From the human T2T-CHM13v2.0 reference genome, Homo sapiens, in NCBI RefSeq assembly GCF_009914755.1, contig NC_060934.1: 64,000 nucleotides of DNA; one strand, 5' to 3'. How positions within the stretch are numbered: the first letter of the stretch is position 1; each line of letters opens with the position of its first letter. The position numbers and the translations under genes are program-made. Positions 54,201 through 64,000 of the stretch are shown piece after piece. The notes beneath the pieces are model-generated. The model was given only the letters and a program-made list of their open reading frames with translations, had not been told where the DNA came from and searched no databases.

Positions 54201-56255
54201 GTATCAAGAGGTGTGCTGTTTAGCTTGAGTTCCGTTACATGTTTTAAGAGAACGACTCTGGCTTGCTAAGTATGGATTAAAAAGTGCCAAGGGACAGGAA
54301 TAGATAAAGGACATGAATGACAAGTCTTGGGGACAATCTGGGGGAGGTGAGGGTTGATTGGATCAGAATGGAAGCAGTCTGGATGGTAAAGGGCGGTTAG
54401 GTCTGGATGGATTTTGAAAAGTCCCCTGTGGTCATGCTGGGGGGAAGTCACCCAGCATTTGACCTGTGACATCAGGAGTGGTGCCTCCAGTGGTGAAGGA
54501 GTGCAGGAACCTGTCAGGAGGGCACAGAAAAACATTCATGTGCAAGGCCCACTCCTTGACATGGTAGCCGCAATGACTGCAGCCGTCACCCTCTGGCCAA
54601 ACAGGAAAATTCCCCTGGAGGGCTCCAGAGAGAGAGAGAAGATTGGAGAGTAGCTTTTTAAATGGTTTTCTTCCAAGAGAGCCTACTGCTCATGTGCCAC
54701 GACTGCCTTTCATAGTTACACATTTGTTTGTAAGATTATCTGCTCATGTCTGAGGAACCGACTTATAACTCTGTCCACGTGTAGCTCCTTGTCCTAGAGT
54801 TTTGTAAGCAACCAGAAATCCATTGTTCCCTAAAATACCTGACTGTTTAGAAGACGCCCTGGTTTTCCTCAAGCATGCTCCCTCTTTTATGCACACTAAC
54901 ATATCTCTTTGCCTGAGGATAACAAGCCATCTTTCTGGTTGAATCTCCAACTCCCTCCCCGTGTTCCTGACAAGGTTTCAAATCTTCAGGCATCAAACAC
55001 AAAACACATGGACCATTCTCTCTCTAGCTCCCTGACCACCCATTACTTCCAGGCGCTTGGGTTCATTTTTCTCCACCTCTGGGTTTTATGAGAACATCTC
55101 ACCCTCTTTGCAAACCATCATTTTGACATAATATTCCAGATTCGTCTGAATTGACTGAGAGCTTAGACAGTACTGGGTTTTGTTATTCTACTCCAACTTT
55201 CTAATTTATGTTAACAGAATTCTTTTTTAACCCATACACAGTTTCTTTCTCATAGGAAGACCTCTTTTTCTTCCAAATAAACAAGGTTACCTACACCTGC
55301 TTAACTAAATCAATAAACAAATGGATCATCAAGCATCCTTCAGATAAATAGCCCATACCACTTGACTGCCAATGCGAGTGGTATCTTTGAACTAAATCTA
55401 ATAGAGAAAGACTGGAATAACTGATTCCTGTTGGTTTCTTCCCCCCTTGAAATGAGATGAAACCTGAGTTTTCAGACAACCCTGCCATTGATTTTTAGTC
55501 TTTTATCCTCCGTGAAAGAAGCCCCCTTGTTCCAGCTTTAGCAAAATAGCAAACAGCTTTTGGTTCTATTTAAAGCTCCATGCGCTCTTTTTCCTTTCTT
55601 TTGGGGTAGGGGGTTTACGTGGTCCATGGTGATATGGGACTGTCAAGACGCCAGGCTCTGAACTGGCCAGATCCACCTGACACCTCGTAACCCACTAAGA
55701 CACAATAGGCTTGGGGAGGCAGAAGTTGCTAGGAAATGCTCCCGAGTTCTGCTCACTCCGGCTCACTGGCACAGGCTGCTGAAGAGCAGAGCAGCCAAGC
55801 GTGGTGTTCAATGGGAGTTTAACACGTATACAAGATGTGCCAGGAGATGGGGAAACACTCAATTACTAAAGACCGATGACAGGAGATTCCCACTAATGAG
55901 TTCACAGTACACCCAGCCACAACACTTGGAAGAGGAGTCAGAAGAGGTGACGGCTCTGTCGCCTGGGCTGGAGTGATCCTGCGAGACTTTTCATCCAAGC
56001 CTGCATCAGCTGGGCCGCCCCTTCTCCCCAGGCCTTCCTAGGAGCTTGGCTCCTCCCAGGGACCCTTGCAAAGGAGTAGCTAACTACTCTGCTTGGCCCT
56101 GGAGCGTGCCTCTCAATTGTTCAGATGCCGGTCTTCTTTGCTCGTCCTCCAGTGTTGTCCATTATTCAGATGTTTTTTGAGCACTTGCTGAGAAGTCAGG
56201 ACTTTACCCAGGGCCGTAGAGAAGAGGAAACCATAACTTTATGCTTCTTCTCTTC

Positions 56256-56864
<609 letters not shown>

Positions 56865-58328
56865 ACTTCTTACTTTTTAATGAGGGAAGCTGCTATCTAC
56901 AGCACCGTGAGAAAACAATCAGATTGAGGACCCAAATGCTCCCATCCATCAGGCACAGCACCCCGTGACTCCCTCGTACCCCTTATTCAGTGCCCACAGC
57001 AGCCTAGATGAGAAAGGCACGTGTACTGCAGTTATACCCATTTCATGGATTTGGAAACTGAGATGAATCTTATGGGGATTGCTCAAGGTTGCCGCTTTGT
57101 CTGTTGGTCTTCAGGGCTGGAACGCTCACCAGTGTGGAGCCAGAGGGAGCAGGATGGATTTTGAGGGCACTCTGACAGTTTTCCCAGACTTTTCCAGACA
57201 AGTGGGGAGAGAGCTGGGTCTGAGTGAGAAGTGAGGTTGAATTTGGCTGGGGAGAAAGAATGTCACTTCAAACAAAAGGAAAAACACGGCCCATGGGCAC
57301 CAAGGCTGGCCTGAGGTTTCACTGGTCTGATGAGATGACCCTGTGAGCATCATGATGGGGCTAGACGTGGGAGACAAGGCTGCAGATGAGGCCACAGCCA
57401 GGAGCCCACACGTCCCAATGCATGCCCATTGTCACAGCATGACTTCTAATAGTGCCCTCTGTGCTCAGAAGTGGCCTGGTTTAGATGATAAATTCCAGAT
57501 CACCCCATGCCAGAAAGAGTCTGGGGTGGCAGTGGGTGCTTTCCAAAGAACAAGGCTTTGGTCCTGTAGGTGGGGATGGCTGGAGCTTATAAGGAAGGCC
57601 CTAATAGCGAGTAAGCTTTGGAAAGGTTGTCCCAGTAGCATGGAGGAGGGGGATGGAGAAGAAAATAAGGAGCCAGAGAGACTCCAGTGGGGGCAGAGGA
57701 GGTCACAGCCGGAGTCCAGGCAATGACAGTGGGAATGGCAGGGAGGAGCCAGGCTCTAGACCAGAGATGCCCGAAGGCCAGTTGAGGTGACACTGGAACT
57801 TTTCGGTGCAAGAGTGCAGGGGAGGCGCGAGGTGTCTAGTGTGGGTTGAGTGGACGCCCGTCACAGAGAGGGACACCAGAAAAGACAACTGGCTTGGCTT
57901 TCGAACTCTTAAATGAGAGGCTCCAAGGAGCACCTTACAGGCAGAAGGAAATGCAAGGCAGCTGATAGGCAAGAAGCCAGACCAGTTTGAGAGTGGCCAA
58001 AGGAGAGACAGACATTTGAAATGGAAGGAAGGCATGGAATAGCGGAGGGACAGAACAGCCAGAACAGAGGCCAGGCCGGGACGCTGGACAAAGCCCTTGG
58101 AGAGGCTCCAGTGTTAGGGGTGTGGAAGCCACGGGACAGAAAGCTGGCAGTGCAGTCAGAGGTGGTCTATGGCTAAGGGCTGGACAGGAACCGCAGGCTG
58201 TGGGTGAGCCGTGGGAGGAGGCAGAGGCAGAGGTGGAGACCTGGGGACAGAGGGGTTCCAAGCTTCCTTAAGGATTTTCAAGGGAATGGGGCTGTGGAGC
58301 CAGGAGCCTGGGAATCCAGAGGCTTTCA

Positions 58329-58406
58329 CTGGGCTGGTGCAAAGGTAATTGTGGTACTTGCCCTTACTTTCAATGGCAAAAACCAGTTACTTTTGTACAA
58401 ATCTAA
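58329..58406. mobile_element. MADE1 (Hsmar1-derived MITE)
   Basis: ~80-bp palindrome ggtgcaaaggtaattgtgg...ccagttacttttgtacaaatctaa followed by TA; matches the recalled MADE1 consensus. Confidence 0.88.
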
Positions 58407-59028
58407 TATCTCACAGCCGCTTCTCTGACTGTTTCTGACACCCAGCTGGGCCCACCTGCCTCACTGTTTAATTCACCCCAGACCCCCTTCTCTTATATTT
58501 TCTCACAACTCACCGAGAATCAAAGAGTAAATACTCACCGTATCACCCAAGGTGCCCCAAATGGAATTGCACCTCAGCCCTTCACAGTCACCTGCTGAGT
58601 GAGGCCAACATCACCCGCCACCTGTACACGGGCCTTGGGTACCTGCTGGCCTCCCCGCTTGCCCCTACGCTCCACACTCCACACTTCAGCCAGGGCAGGC
58701 TTGGCAGGTATCAGTGAGATCAAGTCCTTCTCTTGCATAAAACCCTCTGGCGCTCCCCAGCCACCTACAAATCTAAAGCGTGTGCTGGGTTTCAGGCCCC
58801 ATGATCTGCCTGCAGCACTGGTGTCCCGTCTCTCATTCACCTCCCTACAGCACCTGTCCCCACCTCTATCCTGTGCGCCTCAGCCCAGAACAGTCTCCAC
58901 TAGGAAGTCCCATCTTCCCCAAATCAAATGTCTCTGAACTAATGTCATTTCCCAGTTCCTCTCTGGAAACTGACCTAAACTGCACCCACTGTATCTCTCT
59001 CCTCCTCTTTCCCCTGCATTGTTTTCAC

Positions 59029-59325
<297 letters not shown>

Positions 59326-59344
59326 TAATTATATTTTTTCCATA

Positions 59345-60170
59345 TTTTTATATAACCTAGGTACAATAAAATTTACTCTGGGTGTTGACAAAAATACACG
59401 GCCCTATAAGCACCACCACAATCAAGACAGAGAACAATTCCATCACCCTCAAAATGCACTTGCCCCCCTTTGGACTCAGCCTCTTCCCAGCCCTTCGTTA
59501 ATAACCACTCTCTTTTCAGATTGCTTTTCTGTCCTTACAGTTTTGCCTTTTCCATAATATCATATAAATGGAATTATATGGTATGTGGCATTTTGAGTCT
59601 ACCTTCTTTCACTTAGAATAATGCATTTGGGAAGTCAGGTGTGGTGGTGCATGCCTATCATCCCAGCTACTCAGGAGGCTGAGGTGGGAGTATCACTTGA
59701 GCCCAGGAGTTTGAGCCAGCCTGGGCAACACAGCAAGATTCCCATCTCCTTTTAAAAAGTTATAATAATACGTTCAGGATTCACATTGCTGGGTATCAGT
59801 AGTTCATTCCTTTTGATTGCTGCATAGTATTCTGTTACATACATATACCACAGTTTGTATATCCATTCTCTATTGAGGATATTTGGGTTGTTTCTAGTTT
59901 TGTGTGAATATGAATAAGGCTGCTATAACCCCTTGTGATCAAGTTTTGGTGTACACATACGTCCTCATTTCTCTTGGGTAGATATCTAGGAGTGGGATAG
60001 TTGGGTTCTTATGATCTGTTTTCCAGAGTGGTTATACCATTTGACATTCCCGCCAGCAGTAGATGTGAGCTGCAGTTGCTCCACCTGCTCATCAGCCCTT
60101 GATGTTGTCACTTTTTGTTTCATTTTGTTTAGCCGTTCTGTCCAGTGTGTAGTAGCATCGTATCCATGGT
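59345..60170 (-). mobile_element. Old L1M (MB/MC/ME-like) 3' region interrupted by FLAM
   Basis: accaccacaatcaagacagagaaca, catataaatggaatta, tttctcttgggtagatatctaggagtgggat, ttgacattcccgccagcagt. Confidence 0.8.
59633..59757 (+). mobile_element. FLAM Alu monomer
   Basis: gtggtggtgcatgcc...gaggtgggagtatcacttgagcccaggagtttgag...cctgggcaaca. Confidence 0.85.
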
Positions 60171-60192
60171 CTCATCATTAGACATTGATTCC

Positions 60193-60585
60193 TAAGAGAC
60201 CGAATATACAAATGGACAGTGGCCAGACTATACATGACAATAGCACTCTGACCCACAGCCTCTGCAGCAACCTACCCAGGTTGGGCAGGACTTGGTCTGT
60301 GAGTGCAAACTTCAACTCAGGACCAACCATAGACAGCCCAACATACACCCCTAATCAGTTGCATAGGATGCCTCTTTTCTAGGTACCTCCAGCTTCCCCA
60401 TACCAATAGCCTCCAATCCAAGCATGCCTGAAGCCTTCCTCTTTTCTGCTGTAAAGCCGTCCCACTCCCCTGCCTGCCTTGGAGCCTCTGCCAAACACTA
60501 GTGTCAGCGGCTGACTCCCTTGCTATATAGCAAGCTCTGCATGCCTCTGACTGTTCTCATTTAAATGGTCTTCATTTATCTTACA
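60193..60585 (+). mobile_element. ERV1-class solo LTR (MER90-like)
   Basis: taagagaccgaatatacaaatggacagtggccagac...ctctgacccaca...gctgactcccttgctata..gcaagctctg. Confidence 0.65.
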
Positions 60586-63500
60586 AGTTTAAGTATTCAG
60601 TCTTATTCCGTCAGGACAGGGTGTCTGGAAAGATCCCTGACATGCTAGCGGGTGCTCCAAAAGTGCTTGTTGATGGACTGCAGGAGACTCCAGCCCTCAG
60701 TTCTTGCCCTTGACTAATTTCTTGTTAAGTCAGGCAGCTGCATGGGCAGTGGGAGGCCTGGGGTTCTGGCAGGTTCCTGGGCTCCCCATCTCTGCTGGAG
60801 GAGGGGGCTTAGCTCTGCTTCCTCTCCAAACTGACCCTCGCTGCCTCCTGGTTCCCTGGTTCCCTGCCTGGTCTAAGTGGCCTCCCTCCACTCTGTAGAG
60901 AGAAGATCAGAGGGCTTGGGGCCACCATGGGGGCTGTAGGGTAAGGGCCTTCCAGTTCTTTCTAAGGATCCTGTCTACTGTGGAAGAATGTGGAGCCCAG
61001 GGGAGAGAAAGCCTACAGCAGGCCCTTTTAGAGGCAGCCAGAATCTTCCCTACTTTTGGAAGCGGACTCGTGAGAAGCGGGGCCTGTTAGACTAAACATT
61101 GCACTGTCCCAAATTGCACCAATTTTGGAAACACTTCTCAGGCTGTGCCTCTCTCTGGGAAAAGGGCTTTATAAACCCTTACTGGGAAGCAGTCTCAAGC
61201 GACTCTGAGTGCATCTCAGCTCAAGGGCTTTCAAAGGCCCTTCTGGAAGCCAACCTTCAGACACTGGGCCTGCGGTAGCACAAAAGCAGCTTCCCTAGAC
61301 CTAGGCAGGCTGGGGGCTCGGCCTTGGCCTTGGCGGGGAGGGGGGCGTTGAATCTCGGGAAGGTTGGTGGGGGGCAGGGATTAGGGCTACAGGGAGACCC
61401 CCCCCAAAGCCCTGGAGACACCCACAAGGGCTGTGCTTTCTATCTAGTAAATCAAACATTAAAAACAAACAGCAGAATACAATGTCCTCTCCATGCGTGA
61501 GGGTATCTTGTTGTCACTATGGAGTCAGATTTATTTTTTCGAAAATGTCTGACTGTTGCTTTATTTGTTTAGAACATCTCCAATTCACCCCAGATTAAGT
61601 ATTTAATGATCTGCAAACAGAGATTTGAAGATGCAGCAATGTGATCAATTTCACCCTCTGTGTTGGAAACCAGCTGTGAGGTGCTATTGTTAAGGATGTG
61701 TTAAGTAGGTGCTACTGGGAAAGAGAAAAGAATCCACCCCCAGCCTGACACTCCTCCATCCCTATAAGATGACTTTGCTCAGGGAGGCCAGAGCATTTGT
61801 GGGGCAGAGGGACCGCTGCAAAACCAGCTGTGAATCTGGGCTGCTGACTTCCTCACGGCAGGTGAGGTAGTGAATCTTCACATTTTGCTCGTCCTGTTTC
61901 CCCATCAGTAACTGGCAGGCAACTCACAGGGCTTGGGGATCCATAGCTCGGGCAGCACTCGACAAACAGAAGCACTTCTTATTCTTTTTCTGCTCAGCAA
62001 CATATTTATTTCAGATACACAAAAAAGACAGGCTGAAGTCAGAAAAGAATTAGGGAGAATGGCGAAGTTTGAAGCAACCTCATCTATTGCCTAAGATTTT
62101 GGGTGTGTTTTGGGAGGGAGGGTTTTGTATATGGTTTGGTTTATTCCTAGTTGATTAGTTTTCTATCAATTGAACTTTTTTATTTGGCACCTTTGTGTGT
62201 AGAATGCACTGCGGGGTTCTATGAGTGAAATAAAGATGGTTAAGTTATTGACAAGGAATGAATGTATGAACTGATGGACATTGAATTCCTGGAAGGGACA
62301 GGTATTGGGTCAAGGGCCTTCGCATTTCCTCTTTTCATCCGCCCAGCAGAGATTCCTTGTAAGGAATCTTAACAGATAAAGAAACAGAGGTTTACAGAGC
62401 TTCTGGGCTCTCTCAGGTTTCCTAAGTGTGTACCTAGGATGGCGTCTGATCCCTGGCTGGTAGGGCTCTTGTGGACATGAGCTCCCCTGACTTGGGTGGA
62501 ACCAGCGACTTCACTGCAGACTTCAGTGTGTGCATCTTGCCCTTGGGCTGCCCCTCACAGTGGAAGAAGCCCTCCCCTTGCACAGCTGGGCTGCTGAGCT
62601 ACACCCACACCCAACGCCACAGGAGAGATGGAGAAAGGCAGGGGTGTGTGCCAATGAATGGATCACACACCCTCTTTCCCTCTGAGATTTTCCCAAGCTG
62701 TTCAAATGATATTCTGATCCCTGACACCTTCCATCTCCTGCCTCAGTAATGACCAGCAGCCTCCCAGCAGCTCTGCTGCTTCTCAGCCGCGTTTCCCTGA
62801 TCCAGCACTTTTTCCTTGGTGCATTATTTTCCCCTGATTTCGAAATTCCCCTTGGATGAGAATCAGACACTGAGCTCTACAAACTTCGCAAATTATGAAT
62901 TATAAAAAAAAAAAAAAACATGCTCCTGTGACAACTTTTTTTTTCTTTCCCCATGAATTCTCCTAAAAAATGCAGTTTTCTCTTAACTCTGGCTTTTTCT
63001 TGAATTTCGTTTCTTAAAGCTGACTCTGTGTCCCCAGATTTTTTCTGCTTTCATGGGCTTGGAGCCTGCTGTGTGGCTCTGGCTTTGACAGTCCCAGATC
63101 CTGGGAAAGACTTGCATTATGTCCCGTCTGATTTTCAGTCCTAATAGTCCTAATGGGTCCTCCGCAATTTAGAACATTGAAGGTAAATGGAAAAAGAAAG
63201 AAGAAATGAGCCCGGCCTGCACTAGGGCTGCCCCAGCCAGGCTCTGTGTATAAACACTTTAATGTCCTGAGCAATAAAACCACAATAAAACCTTATGCCA
63301 CCGTGGAGAACCGTGGGTGCAACAGGCCAGCTCAAAAGTCAATCGATCCCAATTCTGCCCTGGGGTCTCCTTTGGGAGGGGCCACTCCCTGTCGCTGTGA
63401 CACAGATGCAGGGAAGATGAAGGTCCCAGAGGAGAGGTGACCCTTTAAACTCAGTCCTTCCCCCACATCCAAGCTAATGCAAGGAGCCAAAAGAGATTTC

Positions 63501-63769
63501 TTCCTTCTCTTCAGCCTGTCTCACTCCCAGCACTGGAGATGAGCATCAGGGAGGCAGTAAAAGAGTGGTGATTAAGAGGTAGCAAGAAGGGACACAGACC
63601 TTGGATTGCCCACCTGTGTGTTGAGAATTCACTAGGTGTGGGGACATGACACAGGTCGGGGGCAGATGACACTTGGAGAAAGGCCCAGAATCCTATCAAC
63701 TATCATGAACTGGAGTCTAGAAAGAGAAACCAGAAGCACATTGAAATTGGGGGAATGTAGGGGGCACCA

Positions 63770-63950
63770 GGAGACTGAGAGTTCAGGCAGCTTCTGCTCT
63801 CACTAGCTTGTGACCACCGCACATTTCTTAACCTCTCTGGGCCTCAGTTTCCACTTGTGTATAAGGGAGACTGCATCTACTGCTCAGGTTTGTTCTAAGG
63901 ACGACATGAAAGAACACGTGTTTAACACTGAGCTTGGTGAATAGTGACTG
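63770..63950 (+). mobile_element. MIR
   Basis: cactagcttgtgacc...cttaacctctctgggcctcagtttcc. Confidence 0.7.
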
Positions 63951-64000
63951 TTGGCAGGTCCTGGCTGCTATTTATTTTTTACTATCATTCATTTTGATGC

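Overview
Human genomic DNA (Alu/L1/THE1 content, including a near-consensus AluYa5); nothing here looks prokaryotic. The only host coding sequence I can support is the terminal exon of ATRNL1 (attractin-like 1) on the + strand. It has an acceptor AG at 31071-31072 and CDS 31073-31194 encoding (G)LAIASALIDISQQKASDSKDKTSGVRNRKHLSTRQGTCV*, which the ORF track misses. A ~4.2 kb 3'UTR follows, ending at an ATTAAA/AATAAA signal at 35376-35385 with a GU-rich downstream element. Bases 1-31072 are inferred to be part of the long last intron; ~35400-64000 is downstream intergenic DNA that becomes visibly more GC-rich. The rest is interspersed repeats: a 4 kb twin-primed (5'-inverted) L1PA with intact TSD, about ten Alus/monomers, THE1/MLT1/MER90-like solo LTRs, L2, MIR, MER5 and MADE1, plus small tandem duplications. 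I found no convincing novel multi-gene system. The best leads are a young antisense AluYa5 about 400 nt upstream of the terminal acceptor, an in-frame 45-codon hydrophobic ORF starting 3 nt after the ATRNL1 stop, a perfect palindrome in the branch-point region, a candidate cassette exon that would remove the C-terminal PDZ-type motif, and a duplicated ARE/MARE motif. Gene and repeat-subfamily names are from recall of consensus sequences, not database searches, and boundaries of old repeats are approximate.
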